From Patescibacteria group bacterium (GTDB lineage Bacteria; Patescibacteriota; Patescibacteriia; UBA11705; DATKZF01): 64,000 bases of DNA. The translations under genes were made by a program, and so were the position numbers. The stretch is taken from the NCBI GenBank assembly GCA_049319825.1, contig JBMORT010000002.1, positions 15,550 to 79,549 on the forward strand. The letters run 5' to 3'. Position 1 is the first letter of the stretch; the number at the start of each line of letters is the position of its first letter. The notes beneath the pieces were generated by a model that worked only from the letters and a program-made list of their open reading frames with translations, did not search any database and had not been told where the DNA came from. Positions 9,805 to 19,603 of the stretch are shown here, one piece after another.

Positions 9805-10123
9805 AGTCTGGATTGGTAGGCGGACTTGTCTTCCCAAGCCCGCAAATTGTTGTTTGGAAATTGGAAAATGGTAGTGGCGATTTGAAAGTCTGAATTTGTT
9901 TTTAATACTATTTTCTAATCTCGATTTTACAATATCCTTCGACATTCTCTGGGCAGGCTAATTTCTATTTTCGAAACAACGATTTTATTTGTCTTCACCC
10001 TCCAAATCAAGAATTACCATTAAAATTATACTCCTTTTCGCCATATCAAACAAGCTGCGGTCGGGATAATTTTATATAAAAAAACAGGGCAAGATTTCCC
10101 CGTTTTTTTAAAAAAATATTTCA

Positions 10124-12913
10124 TTATTCCAATTTTATTGTCGGACCGCTGATATTGGCTTCGACGCCGGCAAAATCGATGATCTTCGCGCTTAGTGCAT
10201 AACTGCCCGCACCCGGAAAAACACCCCAGGAGACAAACACAGTCGCCGAATCGGGATTGCCCACCGAGCCAATCTCATTATTATTGTAGTAAAATTTCAC
10301 TTCTTTGGTTTGTCCCAAATCGGTCAGCCGGCCCTTGACCACGATCGGAAAATTATCAGATTTGTAAGTCGATCCGCCAAGAGGAAACATCCAGGTCATC
10401 GACGGCGCCGGCCGCTCGACCACGAGGTTGATGTCGATGGCCGCTTCGCCGGAATTTTCCACATCGTCATAGGCGATCGCCTTTAAATTGTGATAGCCGT
10501 TGGCCACTCTGGAATCGATGGCATAACTTAGGCCGTAAGGATGATTAAATGAAGTCGAAATATAATTTCCGTCCAAATAGTATTCAACCTTGGTGATGCG
10601 CCGGAACGCGGAAACGGAAATTTGCGCCGTTAAATTCGTGTTCGTGACTGTCTGGCCGGCGGTCGGCGAAATAAATTTGACGACCGGCCTCGATTCCGGC
10701 TGATGCACGTCGTCCGGTTCGGTTGGCGGTTTAGCGATAACCAGTTCTTTGCCTTCTTCCTCGGCCTTTTTCACCTTGGCTTCAAGCCACGACTGAACCC
10801 CCGCTTCCCAAGCGCCGTAAGCCGGATCCAAATTGTCCTTGGTTGGCGCCGGACCGAGCGGGTCATTCGGATTGATGTAATGAAGCTCGCAATGGTAATC
10901 CATGTATGTCCGCTCCTCGATCGCCTGCGGCGGCGTATATTCGGTCGCCAACTTGCCGCTGTATTTATCGACTTTCACCATGACTTCGCCGGTGTAGCTG
11001 CCGTTTAAGATCGGTTTATCTGTTTTGGGTTTGACGTAAGAATTAAATCCTTCGGCCGGCAAATCAACGGTCGCCTCGGACATATATTCATGCCAAATCG
11101 GCGCGGCGCCAATGCTGCCGCCGGCGCGGTTCATCTCTGAATTATCGTTGTTTCCCACCCAGACGCCGGCTACCAAATTGGGAGTGTAGCCCATGGTCCA
11201 GCCGTCGCGGTAATCGTTGGTGGTGCCGGTTTTCGCCGCTACCGGTCGCGAGCCGAGGTTAAGATTATTCTGTGCGCCAAAAACGTACGCGCGGGCTTCA
11301 TTGTCCGATAAAATGCTATTGATCATTCGGGCGATGTTTTTATCCAGGACGTCTCGGGGGGTCGGCTGTTCAAATTCCTCGATCAGCTGGCCATGGCCAT
11401 CTTCGATTCTCAGAATCGGAGTGGACGGCACATACTGGCCTTCGTTGGCGAATACCGCGTAGGCAGTGGCATGATCGAGTAATTTCACTTCACCGCCGCC
11501 CAAAACCAGCGCCAAACCGAACCGACCACGATCAGCGAATGATTGATAGCCGAATTTTTCAAACAAATCAATGGCTCGATCTTTGCCGACAATATAAAGC
11601 GCCTTTACCGCCGGAATATTGAGCGAGCCGGCCAATGCCTTTCGGATGCTGACCGGGCCGCGGGCGGAATTGTCATAATTATGAGGAGTGTACGGCTGAG
11701 TGCCCTCGGTTTTAAAAGTCGTCACCGCGTCAAATAAAATGCTCTCGGGCGAGAAGCCTTTTTCAAACAGCGCGGCGTAAACCATCGGTTTGAGGGATGA
11801 CCCCGGCTGACGCAGCCGAGTCGCGACATTGACTTGACCATCGATTTCCGTGTCAAAAAAATCCTTTGATCCGACCATGGCTAAAATCTGCCCGGTTTTC
11901 GGATCGAGCGAGACCAGCGCGGCGTTGGAATAACCAAATTCCTTGCCGCGATTGTCAACGGCATTGCGAACCGCATCTTCGGCGATTTTTTGCTTATCCA
12001 AATCCAAGGTGGTGATCACCTTCAGCCCCTCTTCCAATTTTTTTTCTCCGTATTTTTCCGACAATACTTCTTTGACGTACATGACAAAATGAGGAGCGGT
12101 AATGCTTTCGGTTTTTTGCACAAATACTATTTCCTGCTGTTTGGCTTGTTCAGCCTCTTCTTTTGAAATGTATCCCTGCTCGGCCATTTTATCCAGCACC
12201 ATGTGCTGACGACCGTATAATTCGTCCAAATGACTGCCGTAAGGCGAATAAAAACTGGGGCGCTGAGGCAAAGAGGCCAGCAAAGCGCTCTCGGCCAAAT
12301 TCAGCTCGCGGACGTCTTTGCCCAAAAATGTTTGCGACGCCGAAGCAATGCCATAGGACACCGAGCCGTATGGTATTTCATTTAAATACATTTGCAGTAT
12401 TTGATCTTTGGTGAACTTTTTTTCCAGCTGATAAGCCAAAATCAATTCTTTGACTTTTCTGGTGAATGTTCGTTCCGAAGTTAAGATAGCGTTTTTTACA
12501 AACTGCTGAGTGATGGTCGAACCGCCGCCGCGAGAACCGCCAAACAGCACCGCTCGAAGCACACCGGTGTAACTGAATCCGTGATGCTGATAAAATTCTT
12601 TATCTTCGATGGCGATTGTCGCCCATTTAACGGTATTGGGAATCTCTTCGAGCGGCACCAGCGTTCTTTTTTCTTCACCGTGAACTTCATACAGCACTGT
12701 TTCGCCGGTGCGATCGTAAATCTGAGTGCTCTGGGCGATGTCGCGATCCATAATTTTATTGGGATCGGGCAGATCGCGAGAAAACCAAGCGAACGCCGCG
12801 ACGACAAATATCACGCCGATGACAAAAGCGAACAGGCCGAAAATAAACAATCGTCTGATCCAAAGCTTCCAGCGAAATTTTCCTGATTTGGCTTTCCTTG
12901 AATTTGATTTCAT
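10124..12913 (-). CDS. class A penicillin-binding protein (PBP1A-type transglycosylase/transpeptidase) with C-terminal Ig-like extension
   Basis: Glycosyltransferase motifs EDKEFYQHHGF and RGGSTITQQ. Transpeptidase motifs SSLKP (SxxK), SLN and KTGTT. N-terminal basic tail plus TM. The likely start is ATG 12913 (MKSNSRKAKS); the ORF runs to 12997. Confidence 0.85.
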   Translation of the reverse strand: MKSNSRKAKSGKFRWKLWIRRLFIFGLFAFVIGVIFVVAAFAWFSRDLPDPNKIMDRDIAQSTQIYDRTGETVLYEVHGEEKRTLVPLEEIPNTVKWATIAIEDKEFYQHHGFSYTGVLRAVLFGGSRGGGSTITQQFVKNAILTSERTFTRKVKELILAYQLEKKFTKDQILQMYLNEIPYGSVSYGIASASQTFLGKDVRELNLAESALLASLPQRPSFYSPYGSHLDELYGRQHMVLDKMAEQGYISKEEAEQAKQQEIVFVQKTESITAPHFVMYVKEVLSEKYGEKKLEEGLKVITTLDLDKQKIAEDAVRNAVDNRGKEFGYSNAALVSLDPKTGQILAMVGSKDFFDTEIDGQVNVATRLRQPGSSLKPMVYAALFEKGFSPESILFDAVTTFKTEGTQPYTPHNYDNSARGPVSIRKALAGSLNIPAVKALYIVGKDRAIDLFEKFGYQSFADRGRFGLALVLGGGEVKLLDHATAYAVFANEGQYVPSTPILRIEDGHGQLIEEFEQPTPRDVLDKNIARMINSILSDNEARAYVFGAQNNLNLGSRPVAAKTGTTNDYRDGWTMGYTPNLVAGVWVGNNDNSEMNRAGGSIGAAPIWHEYMSEATVDLPAEGFNSYVKPKTDKPILNGSYTGEVMVKVDKYSGKLATEYTPPQAIEERTYMDYHCELHYINPNDPLGPAPTKDNLDPAYGAWEAGVQSWLEAKVKKAEEEGKELVIAKPPTEPDDVHQPESRPVVKFISPTAGQTVTNTNLTAQISVSAFRRITKVEYYLDGNYISTSFNHPYGLSYAIDSRVANGYHNLKAIAYDDVENSGEAAIDINLVVERPAPSMTWMFPLGGSTYKSDNFPIVVKGRLTDLGQTKEVKFYYNNNEIGSVGNPDSATVFVSWGVFPGAGSYALSAKIIDFAGVEANISGPTIKLE

Positions 12914-13130
12914 TGTGGTTTGAAAATGCGGCAAGGGCATAAATAAAAGAAAAAAAGAAAAACGATATTTAGGCGGCAGGCAACGGGCAGCAGCCATAGC
13001 TTGTCGCGTTAGTCTTTGCCTGTGGCCTTTACCTTTTTTTACTTTTTAATTTCCTGTTTATCATCCGCTATATTTTAACGAAAATAGCGAAAAATGCAAG
13101 ATAAAAAATTAAATTCAATCGATTTATCAG

Positions 13131-14162
13131 TTATTTTCGGCGTTTTCTGACCGGCTTGGTTTCCGGGTAAAGCTGGTCGATGATCGCTCCGGCCACATCT
13201 CGCGGTCGACCGCTGTACGGCTGGTGATGAATGCTGATCATCGGGGAATCATTGACTTCGATAATGATATAATTTTTTTTATTGGGTTTGGCCGTCACAT
13301 CGGTGGTTAGGTAATCTATACCGCCAAAAGCTAGCCCGGGGATGGAACGAATCACTCTGACCGCCAGCTTTTTCACTTCCGGATGGATTTTATCGGTGAC
13401 GTCGTAGCTGTCCCCGCCGGTGGAGATATTGGAATTGGCGCGCAAAAAAACCTGCTCCCCGTTTTTGGGAATATAACTGGTGTCTTTATGCTGTTTTTGC
13501 AAATAAAGCTTAACGGCCTTATCGACTTTTATTTTTACCAGGCTTTTTTCATGGCTCAACCCGCGCCGGGGGTCTTGATTTTTTTCCTGAATGAGCTGTT
13601 TAATCGTTTTAACGCCATCACCGACCACGTTGGCCGGCACGCGCAGGGTCGCGGCCACGAATTTTTCTTTGAGCGCCAAAAGCCGGTATTCCTGTCCGAA
13701 AAACATCTTTTCCACCACGATTTTATGGAATCGGGTATCTTTGAATTCCTTGAGAACGTCTTTCACTTTTTTATCGGAATTCAAATCCACAAAGACCAAT
13801 TTGCCCTGAATGCCGCTCAGCGGCTTGATAACTACCGGATATTTTATCTGGTGGCAAAATTTCAAAACATCGCCGGTCTGATCATAGTTGAATATTTCAC
13901 CGGCAGCGACATTGATGCCGGCGCGCTTAAAAAAATACTTGGTCAACTGTTTGTTCTTCTGTATCCAATAAGCGATGCAATCGGTTTTGGAAGTCCGCTG
14001 TCCGACAATTATTTCCTGATGACCGCGATAATTCAATTCCAGCAAACTGGCTTTGGCCATCGGCCCGGTGGTAAAAATTTTTCTGACTTTAATGCCGCGA
14101 TCAAGCGCTTCTTTCGCCAGTAAATAAGTGCTCGATTGAAAAAATTGTTCCGGTTTGATCAT
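13131..14162 (-). CDS. ATP-grasp domain ligase (CphA/RimK-like)
   Basis: ATP-grasp signature including ANSNISTGG (cyanophycin synthetase/RimK-type) and VVIKPLSGIQG. Confidence 0.65.
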   Translation of the reverse strand: MIKPEQFFQSSTYLLAKEALDRGIKVRKIFTTGPMAKASLLELNYRGHQEIIVGQRTSKTDCIAYWIQKNKQLTKYFFKRAGINVAAGEIFNYDQTGDVLKFCHQIKYPVVIKPLSGIQGKLVFVDLNSDKKVKDVLKEFKDTRFHKIVVEKMFFGQEYRLLALKEKFVAATLRVPANVVGDGVKTIKQLIQEKNQDPRRGLSHEKSLVKIKVDKAVKLYLQKQHKDTSYIPKNGEQVFLRANSNISTGGDSYDVTDKIHPEVKKLAVRVIRSIPGLAFGGIDYLTTDVTAKPNKKNYIIIEVNDSPMISIHHQPYSGRPRDVAGAIIDQLYPETKPVRKRRK

Positions 14163-14163
14163 A

Positions 14164-15027
14164 TTATTTTGATTTTAACTTTTCTAAAAATTTAATGACG
14201 CGGGCGGCAATGTCAATGCCGGTGGCCCGCGTGAGCGCTCTGAATCCGGGACAGCGATTTACCTCCAGTATGTAAGGATGGCCATCTTGATCATACATTA
14301 AATCAACTCCGGCAATATCGGCATTTGACGCTTTCACCGCCTTAAGGGCCAGCGCTTTTTGCTTTGAGGTCAACACGTGCTTAGCGCTCCTGCCGGAAAG
14401 CGGCACTTGATGATGGCTCAGGTAGTCCAGAGAATACCGCTTGATTGAAGCCACGATTCGACCGTCAATGACAAAAATTCGATAATAATGATTTGATTTG
14501 ATGATCTTTTGGATAAAGAAATCATTGATATCGCGCTCAGTCAACAATTTAAGCAGCTGTGTTTTATTATCTTTTTTAAAAATATTTCGGCCATGCATCC
14601 CGCGCAGATCTTTGACCAAAACCGGAAAAGGCAGTTTAACGCCGCTTTTTTTAAATTCGCTCAAACTGGAGAAAAGCCAACTGTCGGCGCAGGGCAACCC
14701 GTGAAAGCTCAGCGCCGCGTAAGAGAACATTTTATCAACAACATACACTTTGCGGTAGAGCTCCCGATCGACGACTTCTTTTTTGCATCGTTTTAAGTAT
14801 TTGGCGATGGTGCGAGTTTTTTCCATGTGCGGATAAACGCCTCGGATCAGGGTGACGTCGAATTCGCGGATATCTTTTTTTCCCAACCTGACCGTAAATT
14901 TCTTATCCTTCAATACAAAATAAAAATTGATTATTGACGCCAGAGTGACCTGATGACGGCGAGCTTTGGCCGCCGCCACCAACCGGCGATTGGCGTAGGT
15001 GTTCGGTCCGATGATCAATATTTTCAT
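14164..15027 (-). CDS. RimK-family alpha-L-glutamate ligase-like ATP-grasp protein
   Basis: VLVKDLRGMHGRNIF, YRIFVIDGRIVASIKR and DIAGVDLMYDQDGHPYILEVNRCPGF are RimK-like ATP-grasp motifs. There is a 1-nt gap to the upstream gene. Confidence 0.7.
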   Translation of the reverse strand: MKILIIGPNTYANRRLVAAAKARRHQVTLASIINFYFVLKDKKFTVRLGKKDIREFDVTLIRGVYPHMEKTRTIAKYLKRCKKEVVDRELYRKVYVVDKMFSYAALSFHGLPCADSWLFSSLSEFKKSGVKLPFPVLVKDLRGMHGRNIFKKDNKTQLLKLLTERDINDFFIQKIIKSNHYYRIFVIDGRIVASIKRYSLDYLSHHQVPLSGRSAKHVLTSKQKALALKAVKASNADIAGVDLMYDQDGHPYILEVNRCPGFRALTRATGIDIAARVIKFLEKLKSK

Positions 15028-15057
15028 AATTGGGAAAGCAAATTTTAATTTATCCGC

Positions 15058-16452
15058 TCAACGCGACGGGTCAACTAAAAACTTCTTCAAATCTCTTCGT
15101 CCAATAATAATCGGATATTCCAATTCCTTGCGGCTAATGATCGACGCCCGGGAACTTATATCGACGCCGGACAACGTTATTTTAACCGGCACTTCAATGC
15201 GGTATGACGCGCCATGGCTGCTGTATGTTTTGGCGACGGCCACGATATCCGGATGTTTCTCCAATTCCTTCCATATTTTTTTTCGGCTTAATTCCTCGAC
15301 TTGCTCTCGAGTCAATTTTTCGGAAATATTGAATGTCTGAAAATAATCGATGGCGCTCTTAAATCCCAGCTCAATGGCCAATTCTTCATCGATTGAACTG
15401 ATGCCGGCGCCCGTGTCGATCTTGGCCTCGACTTCGATCGTTTTATCCTGGCCCTTTATTTTAACCGCTTCGATAATGCCGATCATCTGCTTGCCGGAAA
15501 TTTCCTCGATTTCCTGCTCCACTTCGCCGCCAAATAATTCTTTGCCGACTTTTATACCCCTGGCCATAGTTTTTATTTTCAAGCCTTGCAGTCGCTGCAG
15601 CCTCTCTTTGAGCGGCGATAGATTGGCGATCTGAATCGACAGTCCGGGATGGGCGTTTATTTCCAAAATTTGCGGCCCTTTTTCGCGATCAATGGCGACA
15701 TCGACGCCGATGTATCCCAAACCGCTGGCTTCTTGGGCGATAACCGCGTATTCCAAAATTTTATTCCAATAAGGAATTTTCAAGCCGCTCAGCGCAAACC
15801 GGGTTTCCGGCAAATATTCGATCAAACTGTTTTTTTGAATGGCGTGAGTGGTGATACCCGAAGCGATATCGATGCCCACTCCGATGCCGCCCATGTGCAG
15901 ATTGGCTTTGCCGCCGGAAACTTTGGTCGTCAGCCGCAACATGGCCATCACCGGCACTTTGTTGTAAACGATTACCCGAATATCGGGGATGCCTTTATAG
16001 GCGTAAAGTTTAAATGCCGGATGAATTTTAAGCCGCTCCTCAAAGAATGCCGAATCCGGGGCATGGCTCATGGAAAAATCTCCGTCCAAAATATTCAGCA
16101 CATGCTCTTTAATTTCCTCAAGGGTGATTTCTTTGTCGCGCGACATTATCCAGTTGCCGTTTCTTTTCCGGCCAAAAGTTACGATAATTCCTTCACCGCC
16201 CAAGCCGCGATTGGGTTTGAGCACGAAACTCTCCGGTAAAATATCCCAGTCGAAATTATAAAACTCCTGCCGGTCGCGAATAACGGCGATCAAATCGGCG
16301 GTCGGCAATCCGGCTTCGAACATCGCTTCTTTTGAGCGCAGCTTGTCATTGGCCAGTTTTATGGCCGAGCTGGGATTCGACGGTTTGACGAATTTCAAAT
16401 TTCGGGCGTTCATGCCCAAAATCCCTTTACTTTTTTTTAGAATCTGCAGCAT
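15058..16452 (-). CDS. ATP-grasp (alpha-L-glutamate ligase-related) protein fused to C-terminal retropepsin-like (DUF785) aspartyl protease domain
   Basis: N-terminal ATP-grasp region (GMNARNL...VLKPNRGLGGEGI). C-terminal domain has the KIDTGAGISSID (D-T-G-A) aspartic protease signature typical of the RimK-associated zinc-protease/retropepsin domain. Confidence 0.65.
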   Translation of the reverse strand: MLQILKKSKGILGMNARNLKFVKPSNPSSAIKLANDKLRSKEAMFEAGLPTADLIAVIRDRQEFYNFDWDILPESFVLKPNRGLGGEGIIVTFGRKRNGNWIMSRDKEITLEEIKEHVLNILDGDFSMSHAPDSAFFEERLKIHPAFKLYAYKGIPDIRVIVYNKVPVMAMLRLTTKVSGGKANLHMGGIGVGIDIASGITTHAIQKNSLIEYLPETRFALSGLKIPYWNKILEYAVIAQEASGLGYIGVDVAIDREKGPQILEINAHPGLSIQIANLSPLKERLQRLQGLKIKTMARGIKVGKELFGGEVEQEIEEISGKQMIGIIEAVKIKGQDKTIEVEAKIDTGAGISSIDEELAIELGFKSAIDYFQTFNISEKLTREQVEELSRKKIWKELEKHPDIVAVAKTYSSHGASYRIEVPVKITLSGVDISSRASIISRKELEYPIIIGRRDLKKFLVDPSR

Positions 16453-18010
16453 GCTTGATCACCTTTCTGAATCGAAAATATTCCGTCAGGCGGAGTCCGG
16501 CCCATTTTCCGAGGAATATATTGATCACAATACATAGTAAAATTATTTCCGGATACCCCAAAAGCAACGATTTCATTGTTTGCAAACTGGCCAGCCAATA
16601 ACAAAAACTGGATAAAATCAATGTCTCGATCGTCAATAAAATAGCGGGGCGCATCCCTCTCTCAATCTGAGCGGAAACGAACTTTTCAGATAACACGATC
16701 ATGATTAGAATGGGAAAAACGCTTAAGGTCATTAACGAAGTGTCTTTCATTAGGGCGCCGATGGCAAACAAAGTCATTGTCGCCAAACTGACGATGATTA
16801 AAATTAAGGCCATTCTCGGTAAATACAGCAAACCCAGTTTTCTGGCCAGTACCCGGCCGACACTGGCGATAATCAAAATCAGCGCGAAAATCAGCAGTCC
16901 ATAGACAATTCCGGTTCCCAAAAAAGACAAAGCGATAATTGTGGGCGTGTAAATGCCGAATGCTTTGATTCCGATAAACTGGCGGGTAAATGAAAGTATC
17001 GTGGCGATGATCGGCAGGATTAACAGAAGATAAATGCTGTTTAGCGGCACGCCGCGATTAACCATGTAGCTGATGCCGTAGGCCAAAAAATTCCACGGTT
17101 TCAGCTGACCGATTTCCCGCTGCGTATGAAGGCCGATCAATTGATATTGAACTCCTCCTTCTCCATAATTATTGAGGAGTGAATCCAAATTAATGAAGCT
17201 GACCGCCGAATTCAACCCTTCCTTTTCCGCCAGCAAAATAAATTGCGGTTCGATTAAATTGAACAAGCTCTGCGCCAGCCTGGCCGCGCCGGAGAATTTG
17301 TCATTGACGACGATGATGACTTTGTTGGAAAAACCGTAATCGGCCAGCGCGGTGCGACCGCCGGTAATGGTGGTGGCGCTGAGCGTCTGCGCGGCATTGA
17401 TCAAGGCGTTCAGCCCAATATTGCCTTCGGTCAGCACCACAATGTTTTTTGCCTGCTTGATATTTTCCTTGGATTCGATTATTTTCTGGCTGAGTTCATT
17501 TTCAACCACTATGTCCAAATCCTTTTTTTCATTTTTTATGTTAATGATTAAAATTCCTTGGCTTGAAGCTTGCCGGGCAAGCTCCTCAAGCCGCTGATTG
17601 TCCACCGAATAATCGGATATTAAAATGATCAAATCCTTATCGACGGACACGATGAATTCATCGGTTGATTGCTGGCCGCTCTGCCTATCCTGAACTGTCA
17701 AACTGGCTCGATAAATGCCGGGATTGCGGTAGGTATGAATAACCTCTTGGCCTGTTGCGCGGTTGCCGTCGCCGAAGTTCCAGATATATTCGACCGGGGC
17801 TCCTTTGGGAGCGCTCGAGCCGGCGGCGCTGAAAAAAATCTGGCGTTCGACCACGACGTTGCGGTCACCGCCGGAAACGGCGGTTAGCGGCACCTGCGGA
17901 ATTTCTTTTTGATCGGGTAGATTAGCCGCAATATTTTGCTGCGCGTTGGCGAAATTAAAAAATCCCAAACAAGCAATTGCGATTAGGATTAAAGCCGTGA
18001 CTTTTTTCAT
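16427..18010 (-). CDS. secreted PKD-domain protein fused to C-terminal 7-TM module (ATP-grasp-associated 7TM family)
   Basis: Signal peptide, then a PKD-like region (YIWNFGDGNRATGQEVIHTYRNPGIYRASLTVQD), then about 7 hydrophobic helices at the C-terminus. It overlaps the ATP-grasp gene by 26 nt. Confidence 0.65.
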   Translation of the reverse strand: MKKVTALILIAIACLGFFNFANAQQNIAANLPDQKEIPQVPLTAVSGGDRNVVVERQIFFSAAGSSAPKGAPVEYIWNFGDGNRATGQEVIHTYRNPGIYRASLTVQDRQSGQQSTDEFIVSVDKDLIILISDYSVDNQRLEELARQASSQGILIINIKNEKKDLDIVVENELSQKIIESKENIKQAKNIVVLTEGNIGLNALINAAQTLSATTITGGRTALADYGFSNKVIIVVNDKFSGAARLAQSLFNLIEPQFILLAEKEGLNSAVSFINLDSLLNNYGEGGVQYQLIGLHTQREIGQLKPWNFLAYGISYMVNRGVPLNSIYLLLILPIIATILSFTRQFIGIKAFGIYTPTIIALSFLGTGIVYGLLIFALILIIASVGRVLARKLGLLYLPRMALILIIVSLATMTLFAIGALMKDTSLMTLSVFPILIMIVLSEKFVSAQIERGMRPAILLTIETLILSSFCYWLASLQTMKSLLLGYPEIILLCIVINIFLGKWAGLRLTEYFRFRKVIKHAADSKKK

Positions 18011-18021
18011 AACGTTTATTT

Positions 18022-18537
18022 TTATTTTTGTTTATTTAAACACTCGCTGAGCTTGATCGAGCGCGAGGCGCAAATGGCTGCCGCCAGCGCGTCCGCGGCG
18101 TGATCGGGCTGGGGTATCTCTTTTAAATTAAGCAATATCCGCACCATTTTCTGCACCTGATCTTTGCCGGCGCGGCCATAGGCGGCCAGCGCCTGCTTGA
18201 TTTCCAGCGGAGTAAAAGTCAAAACGGGCAAACCGGCCAAACTGCCGGTTAGAGCGATAACGCCGCAAGCTTGACCGACTTTCAATGCGCTTTTGGCGTT
18301 TTTGGCGAAAAATAAATCTTCCACCGCCAAAAAATCGGGCTGATGTTCGGCAATGATGCTTCCAAGTCTTTGATGAATTTCCAAAAGACGACGGGCCAGC
18401 TCCGTTTTTTGGCTGGTTTCGATGCAGCCGTAATCGATCAGCTGTTCTTTTCCGGCCGAACAGCAGATCAAGCCGAATCCGGTTTTCGCCAGGCCGGGAT
18501 CTACCCCGAGAATAATAATATCTTTAGAGTTTCGCAT
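18022..18537 (-). CDS. ruvC: crossover junction endodeoxyribonuclease RuvC
   Basis: IILGVDPGLAKTGFGLI N-terminus and conserved acidic residues. Start taken at ATG 18537 (MRNSKDIIILGVDPG). Confidence 0.85.
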   Translation of the reverse strand: MRNSKDIIILGVDPGLAKTGFGLICCSAGKEQLIDYGCIETSQKTELARRLLEIHQRLGSIIAEHQPDFLAVEDLFFAKNAKSALKVGQACGVIALTGSLAGLPVLTFTPLEIKQALAAYGRAGKDQVQKMVRILLNLKEIPQPDHAADALAAAICASRSIKLSECLNKQK

Positions 18538-19249
18538 TTGAATAAACGCCATTGACGTCATCTTGCTCCTCCAGCGCCTCGGTCATTGAGTTTAATTTTT
18601 GAATGTCGGTTTCCGATAGCTGGACATTTTCTTTGGCGATCCACTCCAAGCCGGCGTAATCGATTTGATACCCGGCGTCTCTGATCTTTTGTTCCACGGG
18701 TTTGAGGCTTTCACGAGTGGTATAAACCGTCAGTCCGCCGTCTTCTTCTTTAACGTCCTCGGCTCCGAAATCAATCATCTCCAGCTGAACCGCGTCCAAA
18801 TTTTTTCCAACGTATGATTCCGACAGAATTCTGATCACCCCTTTTTGCTCAAACATCCATTTAACGGCGTTGGACCCGGCCAAACTGCCGCCAAGCTTTG
18901 ACAGCAACACTTTTATTTCCGAGGCGGTGCGATTTTTATTATCGGTGGCGCCTTCAATCAATAGCCCGATGCCGGCCGGGCCGAAAGCTTCATACAGCAC
19001 TTCCTCGATCACCGCGCCTTCGAGTTCGCCGGCACCTCTGGCGACCGCCCGCTCAATATTATCCTTGGGCATATTGGCGTCGCGCGCCGCGTCGATCGCC
19101 AACCGTAATTTAAAATTCATGTCAGGATCTTTTCCGTCTCTGGCGGCAACGATGATGTTTCTGGCGAGCTTGGTGAAAACGGAAGCCCTTTTTTTATCCG
19201 CGACTTCCTTGGCCCGATGAGTGGTTGCCCACTTTGAATGTCCCGACAT
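18524..19249 (-). CDS. yebC: YebC/PmpR family DNA-binding transcriptional regulator
   Basis: MSGHSKWATTHRAKEVADKKRASVFTKLARNI is the canonical YebC N-terminus. Start at ATG 19249. It overlaps ruvC by 14 nt (operon). Confidence 0.85.
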   Translation of the reverse strand: MSGHSKWATTHRAKEVADKKRASVFTKLARNIIVAARDGKDPDMNFKLRLAIDAARDANMPKDNIERAVARGAGELEGAVIEEVLYEAFGPAGIGLLIEGATDNKNRTASEIKVLLSKLGGSLAGSNAVKWMFEQKGVIRILSESYVGKNLDAVQLEMIDFGAEDVKEEDGGLTVYTTRESLKPVEQKIRDAGYQIDYAGLEWIAKENVQLSETDIQKLNSMTEALEEQDDVNGVYSNAKL

Positions 19250-19535
19250 ATCAATGAAATCAAAATTAAAAAACAAAAAGAAAAAACGCTTTTATATTTA
19301 TTGCTTTTCGTTTTATTTTTTCATTTTTAACGTAATTTCCGACTAACTCAAATATAGCAAACCGCGGAGTAAAAATCAATATCGCCAATCGCCGGCGGCC
19401 ACTTATGCACACGCGGCCGCTTGCGTTATTTGGAAAAAAAATGCAATATGTAAATAAATAATTACGGCTTCATTTGGAGGGACGAAAATTATTAAAAAAG
19501 GAGAGGTTTCTCCTTTAAAAATAAAAACGAAAAAA

Positions 19536-19573
19536 TCCCCGTATCCATGCTTGGCGGGGATTTTTTAAAATTA
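19536..19573. terminator. bidirectional rho-independent terminator
   Basis: aaaaATCCCCGtatccatgcttggCGGGGATtttttaaaa, downstream of the minus-strand gene ending at 19604. Confidence 0.55.
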
Positions 19574-19603
19574 AAAATTATAAAAACACTCAAAATTAAC
19601 AAG

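Noticed and set aside
9805-9945. N-terminal 47-aa extension of SMC, and similar extensions at PBP1A 12914..12997, YebC 19250..19276, RuvC 18538..18561, GalU 26616..26696 and the SBP 25691..25729
   Set aside because: The extensions lack family-typical N-termini. Internal ATGs give canonical starts (MYLSKIELQGFKSF, MKSNSRKAKS, MSGHSKWA and so on).
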